Below, one piece after another: positions 29,230 to 40,847 of a DNA stretch of 64,000 nucleotides. Origin of the DNA: Syntrophomonadaceae bacterium (GTDB lineage Bacteria > Bacillota > Dethiobacteria > DTU022); NCBI GenBank assembly GCA_007130825.1, contig SLRT01000033.1:489-64488 (forward strand), read 5' to 3'. The notes under the pieces were generated by a model that ran no database searches, had not been told where the DNA came from, and saw nothing but the letters and a program-made list of their open reading frames with translations. A program made the translations under genes and the position numbers. The stretch's first letter is position 1; each line of letters starts with the position of its first letter.

Positions 29230-31080
29230 ATGATTCATCCCCTTAAAGAAAAGGTTAGACAGATTCCTGCAATGCCGGGTGTTTATCTTCTCAAGGATAA
29301 AAATGCCCGGGTGATTTATGTTGGCAAAGCAAACTCCCTGCGCCACAGGCTGAGATCATATCTTGCCGAAAACGATATAGCGTCGCCGCGCCTCCGTTCC
29401 CTGCAGGCGAAACTGGCTGATATTGATTTTATGGTTACTGATACAGAAGTGGAGGCGCTCATACTTGAATGTAACCTGATCAAAGAATATCGCCCCCGTT
29501 TTAACGTTAACCTGAAAGATGACAAAGATTACCCGTACCTCATTCTTACCCCCGAGCTTTACCCGCGAATGGAGCTCCTTCGCCTGTCGCAGACAGGGGG
29601 ACGGCGGGCTCGTTTTCACCCTTTTCCCGGCAAGGAAGAACAGCGCTTTGGGCCGTTCACCGATGTTGGCGCCGTGCGGGAAAGCATGCGGTTGATTGGG
29701 TCCGTTTTTCCCCTGCGCCGCTGCCGGCAGCCGCTTGATGGTAGCCCGGCTTCCACCCGCCCCTGCCTGAATTACCAGATGAAACGCTGCCTGGCGCCCT
29801 GTCAGGGCGAAGAAAATGTTTTACCCGCAGAATATGGCAAAATGGTCAGGCAGGTAGTCTTATTTTTACAGGGTCGTTATGGTGAACTGGAAAGCAAATT
29901 AAAAAAACAGATGGCAGAAGCGGCACAGGCACATCATTTTGAAGAAGCGGCTGTGCTGCGTGATCGCCTGCAATCATTGCAGCGGGTAGCCGGCCAGCAG
30001 CAAAAGATGACCTTAAATGAAGATGATGCAGAAAGGGATATTCTGGCCCTTGGCCGGCACGGTAACCGTTCAGCCGTTCATCTGTTCCAGGTCAGGGGCG
30101 GCAAGCTGCTTAGCCAGGATCATTTTCCCCTGGTTGGCACAGAAGATGTTGAAGACGAGGAGGTTATAGCCTCTTTTATTAAAAACTACTACAATCAAGC
30201 GGAAAGTGTGCCACCGGAGCTTGTCGTTTCAGAACCCCCTGGCGATGCTGAACTACTTAAGCAGTGGCTAAAAGTAAAAGCCGGCCGGAAGGTGAGCCTG
30301 CGCGTGCCCCGAAGAGGTTCATTAAAAAAGCTAGTCGATCTGGCCCGACGCAACTGCCGGCTGCGCCTGGAAGAAGAAGAGCGGCAAAGAGCCGGTAAAA
30401 TTGAGCAGCCCCTTGTGGAACTGGGCCGCCTGGTCGGATTGGATGCAGCGCCGGAACGCATCGAAGGCTTTGATATTTCCCACCTGCGCGGTGGTCAGCC
30501 GGTTGGCGCCATGGTTGTATTTAACTCAGGGGAGCCATTAAAAGAAAGTTACCGGCGATTTAATATCCGGGAAGCTGCTGCCGGTGACGATTATGCCGCC
30601 TTGCAGGAAGTTTTGAAAAGACGGGCCAATCATGATAGTTGGCCTGACCCCGGCTTGATTCTTATTGACGGCGGGAAAGGGCAGCTTAGTTCTGCCCGTG
30701 AAGCGCTGGACAAGACAAGGCTGTCAGACATAGCCCTGGTGGCCCTGGCCAAGAACCCGGACCAGCTATTTCTGGAAGATTCATCTTTACCGCTGCGCTT
30801 CGCCGCCGATAATGCCATGCTGCAAATGCTGCAGCGCATACGTGATGAAGCGCACCGTTTGGCTGTTGGCGGGCATCGCCGCCGACGGGATCGCATTAGC
30901 ATATATTCTCAGCTCGAAGAGATTCCGGGTATTGGGCCGGCGAAACGAACCAGCCTGCTTCATCATTTTGGCAGTACCGCGGCAATCAGGAAAGCTACGG
31001 TTAAACAGCTCGCGGAAGTTCCCGGCATAAACAGGTCCCTTGCCGAGCTTATTTACCGCAGATTGCGCGGTGCAAAATAG
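29230..31080 (+). CDS. uvrC: Excinuclease ABC subunit C.
   Basis: GIY-YIG N-terminus (PGVYLLKDKNARVIYVGKA), UVR domain, C-terminal RNase H-like and HhH regions. RBS GGAGAG before ATG 29230. Confidence 0.9.
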   Translation: MIHPLKEKVRQIPAMPGVYLLKDKNARVIYVGKANSLRHRLRSYLAENDIASPRLRSLQAKLADIDFMVTDTEVEALILECNLIKEYRPRFNVNLKDDKDYPYLILTPELYPRMELLRLSQTGGRRARFHPFPGKEEQRFGPFTDVGAVRESMRLIGSVFPLRRCRQPLDGSPASTRPCLNYQMKRCLAPCQGEENVLPAEYGKMVRQVVLFLQGRYGELESKLKKQMAEAAQAHHFEEAAVLRDRLQSLQRVAGQQQKMTLNEDDAERDILALGRHGNRSAVHLFQVRGGKLLSQDHFPLVGTEDVEDEEVIASFIKNYYNQAESVPPELVVSEPPGDAELLKQWLKVKAGRKVSLRVPRRGSLKKLVDLARRNCRLRLEEEERQRAGKIEQPLVELGRLVGLDAAPERIEGFDISHLRGGQPVGAMVVFNSGEPLKESYRRFNIREAAAGDDYAALQEVLKRRANHDSWPDPGLILIDGGKGQLSSAREALDKTRLSDIALVALAKNPDQLFLEDSSLPLRFAADNAMLQMLQRIRDEAHRLAVGGHRRRRDRISIYSQLEEIPGIGPAKRTSLLHHFGSTAAIRKATVKQLAEVPGINRSLAELIYRRLRGAK

Positions 31081-31142
31081 CTTTTGCCCTGAACTAAAAA
31101 GAATGTCCCGGTTATGTTATACTAAGCATGAGGTGCTTTTAA

Positions 31143-31970
31143 ATGCGTTTCCGCTTAATTGCCGCGGATTTGGACAATACATTACTAGATGATCACTCGG
31201 AAATCTCTGCCCGTAACAAAAAGGCCATTCAAAAAGCCGTTTCCCGGGGGGTCAAGTTCGCTATTGCCACCGGCCGCATGTTTAAAACCAGTATTTCATA
31301 TATGGAGGAACTGGAGCTTGGCTACGACTGGCCGCTAATCAACTATCACGGAGCTATGATCAAAACAACGCAGACCAGAAAAACTATTTATCACCGGCCT
31401 CTCGATAATATGCTTGCCGTCGACTTGACTGAAGTAGCAAACCGGCTCTGCTGCCATGTAAGTATGTTTATCGGCGACAACCTGTTTGTCAGGGAAGAAA
31501 ACGAACATACCCGCTACTACCAGTCACTGACAAATATAGAGCTGCAGCCGGTGGGAGATTTAAGCTTATTTTTGAGGGCAAAAAAGGCTAATCCCACCAA
31601 GATCAGCATCATCTCCTGGGATGGTAATATAGATGAAATCGAGTCCGATCTTAAGTCTATCTATGGCGAAGAGCTTTCTATACTTCAGTCCCGGCCTTAT
31701 TTCCTTGAAATCACCGATAAAAAAGCGACAAAAGGCCAGGCCCTGCGCTGGCTCGCCGATCAGGCCGGTATCAAAGCGGAGGAAGTTATCGCTTTCGGCG
31801 ATGGATATAATGACATTGACATGATCAGCTATGCCGGCCTGGGAGTGGCGGTGGCTAACGCTCGTCCGGAAGTGCTCCGGGCTGCCCGGATGGTTGCTCC
31901 CTCTAACAATGAAGATGGTGTAGCCGAAGTAATTGAGAAATATGTGCTCAATCACTGCTATAATATTTAA
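31143..31970 (+). CDS. Cof-type HAD-IIB family hydrolase.
   Basis: N-terminal DLDNTLL and C-terminal GDGYNDIDM HAD motifs. Confidence 0.8.
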   Translation: MRFRLIAADLDNTLLDDHSEISARNKKAIQKAVSRGVKFAIATGRMFKTSISYMEELELGYDWPLINYHGAMIKTTQTRKTIYHRPLDNMLAVDLTEVANRLCCHVSMFIGDNLFVREENEHTRYYQSLTNIELQPVGDLSLFLRAKKANPTKISIISWDGNIDEIESDLKSIYGEELSILQSRPYFLEITDKKATKGQALRWLADQAGIKAEEVIAFGDGYNDIDMISYAGLGVAVANARPEVLRAARMVAPSNNEDGVAEVIEKYVLNHCYNI

Positions 31971-32110
31971 AAGATATTTTTATTTATTTAGCCAGGGGGA
32001 CTATTCAAATCAGAAATGACGCGGCAATACGTTTAATTTTAATTACGGGTCTTTCCGGGGCCGGCAAAAGTCATGCCCTGGATTGTTTTGAAGATCTTGG
32101 CTATTATTGT

Positions 32111-32872
32111 GTGGATAATATGCCTCCTACTCTAATTTCAAAGTTTGCTGATTTGTTCATCCAGTCCGAAAACAAGAAAGTTGCCCTGGTTTGCGATATG
32201 CGGGGAGCTGCTTTTTTCGAAGACCTATTTGAAGCACTGCAGGAAATGGATCAAAGAAAAGTAGATTATGAAATACTTTTTCTTTTAGCCGATGATAATG
32301 TCCTGATCAGGCGTTTCAAAGAGACCCGGCGGCGTCATCCTCTCGGCAAGATCGGTTTGCCGGAAGCGATCCAAAAAGAGCGTGAGGCCCTGAGTGAACT
32401 AAGGGGCAAAGCTCATAAAGAAATTGACACATCTTACCTGAAACCCTGGGAATTGAAGGCAAAAATTGTTGAACACTATGAACCTGAACAGCGGGACAAA
32501 AATATGCAGATTCGAATTATCTCCTTCGGGTTCAAATACGGTTTGCCGCCGGATGCAGACCTGGTTTTCGATGTCCGTTTTTTACCTAACCCGCACTATG
32601 TGGAACACCTGGAACCCCTGACTGGTGATGATGATCAGGTTAAAGATTATCTTTGGCGCTGGCCGGAAACGAAAGAATATTACAAGAAACTGCAAGAAAT
32701 GCTGGAATTTTCTATACCATTATATGTTAAAGAAGGCAAAGTGAGCCTGGTGATCACGGTAGGTTGTACCGGCGGCAAGCACCGCTCGGTTGTCATTGCC
32801 GATGAACTCGGTCGTGCTTTGGGTTCCCGTTTCAACCTTGTGGTAGAGCACAGGGATATTTATAAAAACTGA
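32111..32872 (+). CDS. rapZ: RNase adapter protein RapZ (YvcJ). The Walker A region lies upstream of the annotated start, in-frame but without a canonical start codon (see finding).
   Basis: In-frame upstream sequence 32027-32110 encodes IRLILITGLSGAGKSHALDCFEDLGYYCVD. The downstream part matches RapZ throughout (FLPNPHY, GCTGGKHRSV). Confidence 0.8.
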   Translation: MDNMPPTLISKFADLFIQSENKKVALVCDMRGAAFFEDLFEALQEMDQRKVDYEILFLLADDNVLIRRFKETRRRHPLGKIGLPEAIQKEREALSELRGKAHKEIDTSYLKPWELKAKIVEHYEPEQRDKNMQIRIISFGFKYGLPPDADLVFDVRFLPNPHYVEHLEPLTGDDDQVKDYLWRWPETKEYYKKLQEMLEFSIPLYVKEGKVSLVITVGCTGGKHRSVVIADELGRALGSRFNLVVEHRDIYKN

Positions 32873-32888
32873 CAGGAGGCTTTAACTG

Positions 32889-33893
32889 TTGTCCTTAACC
32901 AGACAGGTAAAGCAAGAATTGGTTAGGCTGGAGGAGTCTCTGACGTGCTGCAGTTCCTGGGAATTAAAAGCTTTTTTACTCAGGAACGGTTACTACACAA
33001 TTCGCCACAATATGCATGTTCTGATTATAACTGCAGATGATAGCGCCGTGGCCCGGCGTTTGTTTAACCTTTTGAGGCAGGCAGGAGTTATTTCACCGTC
33101 CATAATCAGGCAGCAGGTTAAGCGCCTGCGTAAAGATCGGTTCCTGGTTCAGGTGCATGGCAGCGAACAAATTGATGCCCTGCTTGTTTATTTAGATTTA
33201 AAAGATGCCGGCCGGTATCTCAGCTTTTCCCGCCTGAATACTGTTATCCCCAAAAGGATTTGCTGTCGTAAAGCATTTGTCCGGGGTGTTTTCCTCGCCG
33301 GTGGCAGTATAAGCATTTCCAAACGTTCCGGTTATCATCTGGAGGTAAACTGCGGAAATATTGATGATGCCCATGTTTATCAGAAGGTACTTGGCTATTT
33401 CAACCTTTATCCGCTAATAAGAAAGCGTGAGGACTTTGTATTTGTGTATTTAAAAAGCGCAGAAGCGATTGCTGATTATCTACGCATTATCGGGGCAGGA
33501 AGCACTTTACTGCAGATAGAAAGTTTGCGGGTTGTCAAGAGTATGCGTAACCAGGTTAACCGAACGGTTAACTGCGAAACCGCCAACCTGGAAAAAGTGG
33601 TCACTTCCGCTCAGCACCAGCTGGAACTTATCGATCAAGCCGACCATTTGATCGGATTGGACAATTTACCTGCTACACTCCGTGAAGTGGCTTTAATCAG
33701 GAGAAATTATCCGGATGCTTCTTTGAAAGAACTGGGGAAGATGCTCGATCCGCCTGTCAGTAAATCGGCGGTCAATCACCGTTTTCGGCGACTTGGAAAA
33801 ATGTTTGCCAAGACAGGTGTTACAATAAATGAGCGAAAACCACGCCAACCTGCCATTAAGAGGGCAGGAATTACCAGCGGTATGTCGAAATAA
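32889..33893 (+). CDS. whiA: Sporulation/cell-division DNA-binding regulator WhiA.
   Basis: LAGLIDADG-like N-terminus and a C-terminal HTH. TTG start with RBS AGGAGG 8 nt upstream. Confidence 0.9.
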   Translation: MSLTRQVKQELVRLEESLTCCSSWELKAFLLRNGYYTIRHNMHVLIITADDSAVARRLFNLLRQAGVISPSIIRQQVKRLRKDRFLVQVHGSEQIDALLVYLDLKDAGRYLSFSRLNTVIPKRICCRKAFVRGVFLAGGSISISKRSGYHLEVNCGNIDDAHVYQKVLGYFNLYPLIRKREDFVFVYLKSAEAIADYLRIIGAGSTLLQIESLRVVKSMRNQVNRTVNCETANLEKVVTSAQHQLELIDQADHLIGLDNLPATLREVALIRRNYPDASLKELGKMLDPPVSKSAVNHRFRRLGKMFAKTGVTINERKPRQPAIKRAGITSGMSK

Positions 33894-33963
33894 AAACTTA
33901 CCGGTAAAAAGGGTCTTGCAGTATTTTTACTATATCCATGGTGTAAGGACGGGAGAGACAGCC

Positions 33964-35388
33964 GTGAAGCTCGATTATAACCTGAAGTTAGAACAAACTC
34001 AAAAACTGATTATTACCCCGGAGCTAAAGCTGGCTATAACTCTTTTGCAGTACTCTGCGCTGGAACTGCAGGATCATATCCAGGAAGAACTGATCAATAA
34101 CCCTGTCCTGGAAGTCAACGAAATCAAAGAAGAAGAAAAAAGCGAAGATACAGAACCGGATCAGGAAATAACAGAAAGCGAAGAACAGATCTATGGCAAT
34201 GATTTTCCCTGGGAAGAGTACTTCCGGGATATGGGTCTAGATTCCGCATCGTATCAGCCCGGCAGTGTAAAAGCAGATCCGGATAATCAACCCTCGATTG
34301 AAAACTGCGCCGGTGTTACCGGAACAATGCTAGATGATTTGCTCAGCCAACTGCGGATGTTTTCACTGACCGACCGGCAATATAGTATTGCCGCTTATCT
34401 GGCCGGTAATCTTGACCGCAACGGTTACCTGCAGGGGGAACTTGAGGAATTGGCTCCAACTCTCGGGGCTAGCGTAAATGAGCTCGAAGTTGCTTTGCGG
34501 ATAGTTCAAAAATTAGAACCGACCGGTATCGGCTGCCGAAATTTGCAGGAGTGCCTGTTGCTGCAGTTGCAAAAGATGCAATCCCCGCCTGAACTGGCTG
34601 TTAAAATAGTAAATAATTATCTGCCTGCAGCGGCGGACGGTCGGTTCCGTTATATAGCCTCATGCCTCGGTTACGATCAACAGGCAGTGCAGGAAGCGAT
34701 CGAACTCATACGCACCCTCAACCCCAAGCCCGGCAGCATATATGGTGAAGGCGAAGAAGCCCGTTATATAATTCCCGATGTCACTGTTGAAAAAGTAGAG
34801 GATAAATATGTTGTTATCGGTAATGAGGCCAGCATGCCGCAGTTAACGATCAGCCCCTTCTATCAGAGAATGCTTAAAAGCGGAGCAGTTGATGAACAAT
34901 TATTTACATTTATCAAAAATAAAATTGAGAAGGCCTGCTGGTTAATCCGCAGTATTGAACAAAGAAGACTAACCCTGTATAAAGTATCGCAACAGATTGT
35001 TGATATTCAAAAACCTTTCTTGGATTACGGGATAAAAAAACTTAAACCACTGACCCTGAAAGAAGTCGCTGTTAATATCGGTGTTCATGAATCGACGGTC
35101 AGCAGGGCTGCCGCCAATAAATATATTCAAACCCCCCGCGGACTCTTTCCACTGAAGTTTTTCTTTACGAGCGGGTTAAGCGGGGTGGGAGGTGCCGACC
35201 ATTCTTCGCCAAGCATCAAAACACATATTAGCGAAATAGTCGAGGCAGAGGATCAGAATAAACCGTTCAGTGATCACCGGCTGACCGAACTTCTACGGGA
35301 ACGAGGAATTAATATTTCAAGACGGACTGTCGCCAAGTACCGGGAAGATATGTCCATACCTCCCTCCTATAAGCGCCGCAGATCTTAA
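33964..35388 (+). CDS. rpoN: RNA polymerase sigma-54 factor.
   Basis: N-terminal LKLEQTQKLIITPELKLAITLLQYSALEL, core-binding region, and the C-terminal RpoN box ARRTVAKYRE. GTG 33964 with RBS GGGAGAG. The track start 33829 overlaps whiA. Confidence 0.9.
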   Translation: MKLDYNLKLEQTQKLIITPELKLAITLLQYSALELQDHIQEELINNPVLEVNEIKEEEKSEDTEPDQEITESEEQIYGNDFPWEEYFRDMGLDSASYQPGSVKADPDNQPSIENCAGVTGTMLDDLLSQLRMFSLTDRQYSIAAYLAGNLDRNGYLQGELEELAPTLGASVNELEVALRIVQKLEPTGIGCRNLQECLLLQLQKMQSPPELAVKIVNNYLPAAADGRFRYIASCLGYDQQAVQEAIELIRTLNPKPGSIYGEGEEARYIIPDVTVEKVEDKYVVIGNEASMPQLTISPFYQRMLKSGAVDEQLFTFIKNKIEKACWLIRSIEQRRLTLYKVSQQIVDIQKPFLDYGIKKLKPLTLKEVAVNIGVHESTVSRAAANKYIQTPRGLFPLKFFFTSGLSGVGGADHSSPSIKTHISEIVEAEDQNKPFSDHRLTELLRERGINISRRTVAKYREDMSIPPSYKRRRS

Positions 35389-35409
35389 GATACCGGGTGG
35401 TGAACTGCA

Positions 35410-36597
35410 TTGCTTCTAAAGAAGAGCATAGAAGATGTCGATGTTGGTGGTAAAAAAATTCTTCTGCGGGCAGACTTTAACGTTCCCCTTGATCAAGGAA
35501 AAGTACGTGATGATGCACGGATTAAGGCGGTTCTGCCTACTATTCAGAGCCTCCTTTCCCGTGAAGCGCGATTGGTGCTGGCCTCACATCTCGGCAGGCC
35601 TAAGGGACAGCCACAGCCGGATTTGCAGATGGATCCGGTAGCCTCCAGGTTGTCCGAACTACTGGGCAGGACTGTTCTTAAACTGGACCAGGTCGTCGGG
35701 CCGACGGTGACAAAAGCTATAAATGAAATGAAAAACGGTGACCTCCTGCTTTTAGAGAATTTGCGCTTTGAAAAAGGGGAGGAGAGCAACGATGAGTCAT
35801 TTGCCCGTCAGCTTGCTGAACCGGTAGATCTTTTTGTTAACGATGCTTTTGGTACCGCCCACCGTGCCCATGCCTCAACGGTAGGAGTTGCTGACTATAT
35901 TCCGGCCGTGGCCGGCTTGCTGATGAAAAACGAGATTGAAGAACTTTCCCGCTGCCTTGAAAATCCGCTGCGTCCACTGACTGCAATTTTAGGTGGTGCC
36001 AAGGTTTCCGATAAAATTAACGTCATGCGGCAGTTTTTGCAATTGGCCGATCATCTGTTGGTTGGCGGTGGCATGGCCAATACGTTTCTTGTTGCCCGGG
36101 GATATGACCTGGGAGATTCGTTTTATGAAAAAGAACTGGTCGAAGAGGCCGCCGCGATCATCAGCGAAAGTGAAAAAAGCGGCTGTCGACTGGTTCTTCC
36201 GCTTGACGTGGTGGTGACCAAAGAATTGAAATCCGGCAGCGCTTCCAAAACTGTCGAACCGGCTAAAGTAAGCGGTGCGTGGAAAGCAGTCGATATCGGT
36301 GCTGAATCGGTTAAAAATTTCGGTGAATATATTGGCCGGTCGGCAATGATTGTCTGGAACGGACCCCTCGGCGTTTTCGAAATACCCCCTTTCGACCACG
36401 GGACCAGGCTTACCGCTCAAAAAGTGGCCGAAAGTGATGCCTATTCAGTAGTCGGCGGCGGCGACCTGGTTGCCGCGCTTGAATTTTTGAACCTGGCCGA
36501 AGATATAAACTTTATTTCTACCGGCGGCGGAGCCACTCTCGAATTCTGGGAAGGCAAAGAACTGCCGGGGATCAGAGCTTTGCAGGACAAGACCTAG
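35410..36597 (+). CDS. pgk: Phosphoglycerate kinase.
   Basis: RADFNVP, hinge, and C-terminal GGGA motifs throughout. Confidence 0.95.
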   Translation: MLLKKSIEDVDVGGKKILLRADFNVPLDQGKVRDDARIKAVLPTIQSLLSREARLVLASHLGRPKGQPQPDLQMDPVASRLSELLGRTVLKLDQVVGPTVTKAINEMKNGDLLLLENLRFEKGEESNDESFARQLAEPVDLFVNDAFGTAHRAHASTVGVADYIPAVAGLLMKNEIEELSRCLENPLRPLTAILGGAKVSDKINVMRQFLQLADHLLVGGGMANTFLVARGYDLGDSFYEKELVEEAAAIISESEKSGCRLVLPLDVVVTKELKSGSASKTVEPAKVSGAWKAVDIGAESVKNFGEYIGRSAMIVWNGPLGVFEIPPFDHGTRLTAQKVAESDAYSVVGGGDLVAALEFLNLAEDINFISTGGGATLEFWEGKELPGIRALQDKT

Positions 36598-36834
36598 TTG
36601 TTCAGGGGGACGGCCTGTCTGTCAGGCAAAAAGTATTTGCCCGGGGACAGTTCAGACAAAGGCCGGTAAGAAGAAAGTCCTTTGCCAGCTGTAAAGTTTA
36701 TCGGTGTAGATATCGGCACCTGTTACCGGGCGCAGACACCGGATAATTGACTGTTGTCTGAAACTTTTTCTTTGTTCGGGTAAAATAACCAGGTACCGCT
36801 ATCTTTCCCTGGTAGGAGAACAGGAGGCTTAATT

Positions 36835-37602
36835 ATGGAATTAATTATTGCTGCAAACTGGAAAATGCATAAAACTGTAGCTGAAACGGTTGATTTTTGC
36901 CGGGCCATTCTTCAAAATGAAGCATTATTCAAGGATGTGGAAGTGCTAATATGCCCCCCCTTTACCGCCCTGCCTGCCGCATCGGATCTGTTACGGGGAA
37001 GCTCGATCAAACTGGGCGCTCAAAACATGCACTGGGAAAGGGAGGGAGCTTTTACCGGTGAAATATCTGCTCCGTTGCTTTTAGATTTAGGGGTCGAATA
37101 TGTGATCATCGGCCACTCTGAACGGCGTCAGCTGTTCGGTGAAGATGACAGCCGGGTGCAAATTAAAATGAAAGCTGCTCTTGAAAACGGATTGAAACCG
37201 ATCCTTTGTGTCGGTGAGACTGAAGCCGAAAGGGAGGAGGACGCCACCGAAAAAGTGATTAAAAATCAGCTGTTTGTGGCTCTCGAAGGCCTTTCCGCAG
37301 AACAGGCGGATTCTTTGGTTGTCGCTTATGAACCGGTTTGGGCTATCGGAACTGGCAAAGCAGCGTTACCCCGGGATGCTGAAACTGCTTCTTCTTACAT
37401 CAATGAGGTGATCCGAAACAAATTTGGCAAAGAGGCCGTGAATAAAATCCGCATCCAATATGGTGGAAGTGTTAAGGAAGATAATATCGGATCGTTTGCC
37501 GTCCTCTCTGCAATCCAGGGGGCCCTGGTTGGAGGAGCGAGTCTTGAAGCAGATACTTTCAGCGCTTTGATTCAAGCTGCCCGAAAGGCGGTTTTAAGTT
37601 GA
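36835..37602 (+). CDS. tpiA: Triosephosphate isomerase.
   Basis: ANWKMHK, IGHSERR, AYEPVWAIGTG. Confidence 0.95.
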   Translation: MELIIAANWKMHKTVAETVDFCRAILQNEALFKDVEVLICPPFTALPAASDLLRGSSIKLGAQNMHWEREGAFTGEISAPLLLDLGVEYVIIGHSERRQLFGEDDSRVQIKMKAALENGLKPILCVGETEAEREEDATEKVIKNQLFVALEGLSAEQADSLVVAYEPVWAIGTGKAALPRDAETASSYINEVIRNKFGKEAVNKIRIQYGGSVKEDNIGSFAVLSAIQGALVGGASLEADTFSALIQAARKAVLS

Positions 37603-39131
37603 ACAAGGTTTTATTAATCATTCTTGATGGTTGGGGTTACAGTGAAAACGTTGAAGGTAATGCTGTTCGTTTGGCTGAGACACCTTATCTGGATCGCTTC
37701 TTCGAAGAATATCCCTGGGCATTGCTGGATGCTGCCGGTGAGGCGGTTGGCCTTCCGTCCGGTCAAATGGGCAACTCGGAAGTAGGCCATCTTAATCTTG
37801 GCGCCGGCAGGGTAGTTTACCAGGAGTTAACCAGGATAGGTAAGTGTATTGAATCAGAAGAATTTTATCAAAATCCGGTCTTTTTATCGGCCATGGAGAA
37901 AGTGAAGCAGAATGATAGTATACTTCACCTGATTGGCCTGGTTTCAGACGGCGGGGTGCACAGTCATTTTGATCATCTCCTGGCCCTGATGGAAATGGCC
38001 CGTCGGCAGAAAATAGAAAAAGTGTTTATCCATGCTATTCTTGACGGGCGGGATACCATCCCTTACGGGGCCGGCCCTTTCCTGGAGCGCCTGGAACAGT
38101 ACGCGAAGGAAAATAAAAATTGTTATGTGGCGACAATTAGCGGTCGTTACTACGCTATGGATCGCGATCGGCGCTGGGAAAGAACCGAACGGGCTTACCG
38201 GGCTTATATTTACGGAGAAGGTTTAAAGGCTTCGTCATCATTTGAAGCGCTGGAAGATTCCTATAAACGCGGTGAAGCAGATGAATTTGTCCAACCAACC
38301 GTTATTGTGAACGGTGAAGGAAAGCCGTCGGCTCTTATCCGTTCTGAAGACAGCGTAATTTTCTTTAACTTCAGGCCGGATCGGGCCCGCCAAATTACCA
38401 GGGCTTTGACTGATCCAGAATTTGATCATTTCGATCGAGGCCCCGAACCTCCGCATCCTTATCTGGCAACCATGACCGAATATGACCGTGAATTGCCGGT
38501 GCCGGTTGCATTTACTCTCGATGATTTGGCGGCTACACTTGGTGAAGTTTATGCAAAGTGTAACTTTGCACAGATAAGAATTGCTGAAACTGAAAAATAT
38601 GCTCATGTTACCTTTTTCTTTAACGGGGGCAGGGAAAAACCCTTTGCTGGGGAGGACCGGATCATGGTTCCTTCCCCTCGGGTGGCTACTTATGAACTGC
38701 AGCCGGAAATGAGCGCTCCGGAAGTAACTGAACGCCTAATTGAAACTGTAAGCAACGATCAACATCCACTGATTATAGCAAATTATGCCAATATGGATAT
38801 GGTTGGACATACCGGTTATTTGCAGGCGGCGATTGAAGCAGTGCAGGCAGTTGATCGTTCCCTTGGTTTAATCGTTGCTGAAGCATTGACCAGAAACTGG
38901 CGTATTCTGATTGTTGGTGATCATGGCAATGCCGAAGAGATGTTGGATTCTGCAGGCGATACTCTGACCGCGCATAGCGGAAATCCGGTTCCTTTTATAA
39001 TCATCAGCGCGGAAAAACCTGCGCTGCGTAAACGGGGCATTATCGCTGATGTCGCTCCGACAATTCTTGCCCTGGCCGGTATTTCTGTCCCACCTGAGAT
39101 GACTGGTAAAAGCATGCTTTTAAGTGATTAA
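37599..39131 (+). CDS. gpmI: 2,3-bisphosphoglycerate-independent phosphoglycerate mutase.
   Basis: LIILDGWG, NSEVGHLNLGAGR, overall iPGM length. Confidence 0.95.
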   Translation: MNKVLLIILDGWGYSENVEGNAVRLAETPYLDRFFEEYPWALLDAAGEAVGLPSGQMGNSEVGHLNLGAGRVVYQELTRIGKCIESEEFYQNPVFLSAMEKVKQNDSILHLIGLVSDGGVHSHFDHLLALMEMARRQKIEKVFIHAILDGRDTIPYGAGPFLERLEQYAKENKNCYVATISGRYYAMDRDRRWERTERAYRAYIYGEGLKASSSFEALEDSYKRGEADEFVQPTVIVNGEGKPSALIRSEDSVIFFNFRPDRARQITRALTDPEFDHFDRGPEPPHPYLATMTEYDRELPVPVAFTLDDLAATLGEVYAKCNFAQIRIAETEKYAHVTFFFNGGREKPFAGEDRIMVPSPRVATYELQPEMSAPEVTERLIETVSNDQHPLIIANYANMDMVGHTGYLQAAIEAVQAVDRSLGLIVAEALTRNWRILIVGDHGNAEEMLDSAGDTLTAHSGNPVPFIIISAEKPALRKRGIIADVAPTILALAGISVPPEMTGKSMLLSD

Positions 39132-40421
<1,290 letters not shown>

Positions 40422-40490
40422 AATTTGTCAAAATGGTGCTTTATATGTTAAAATACCAGTGGTTTAACTTGTAGTGAACATTATGGAGGT

Positions 40491-40721
40491 TTGCACATGA
40501 TCGGAACTGTTATAAATTTTGTTTACTTGTTCTTATGTATTGCCCTTATCGCTACAGTGCTATTACAATCGGGCCGGAGCGCAGGACTAGGAGCTATTGC
40601 CGGGGGTGCGCAGTCACTGGTTGGCAAAAAGAAGGGGCTCGATGAAACCCTAAGCCGGGTGACCACCTTTTTAGCCGTTGGGTTTATGCTTTTTACGATT
40701 GTTCTTGTAGTCGTTAGCTAA
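40491..40721 (+). CDS. secG: Preprotein translocase subunit SecG.
   Basis: Two TM helices with the conserved LLQSGRSAGLG loop. Confidence 0.85.
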   Translation: MHMIGTVINFVYLFLCIALIATVLLQSGRSAGLGAIAGGAQSLVGKKKGLDETLSRVTTFLAVGFMLFTIVLVVVS

Positions 40722-40746
40722 ATTTTGTTTTATAATTAACTGCCGG

Positions 40747-40781
40747 CAGGGGAGTTTACAACAGCCCCTGCATTTTATTTT
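40747..40781 (+). terminator. Rho-independent terminator after secG.
   Basis: CAGGGG-N12-CCCCTG stem followed by a T-rich tract. Confidence 0.5.
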
Positions 40782-40847
40782 ATTAAAAATAGCTTTATAA
40801 TTAGAGCAGCATGCCATAAAAAAGCGAAGGAGCTGGGATTTTAGATA

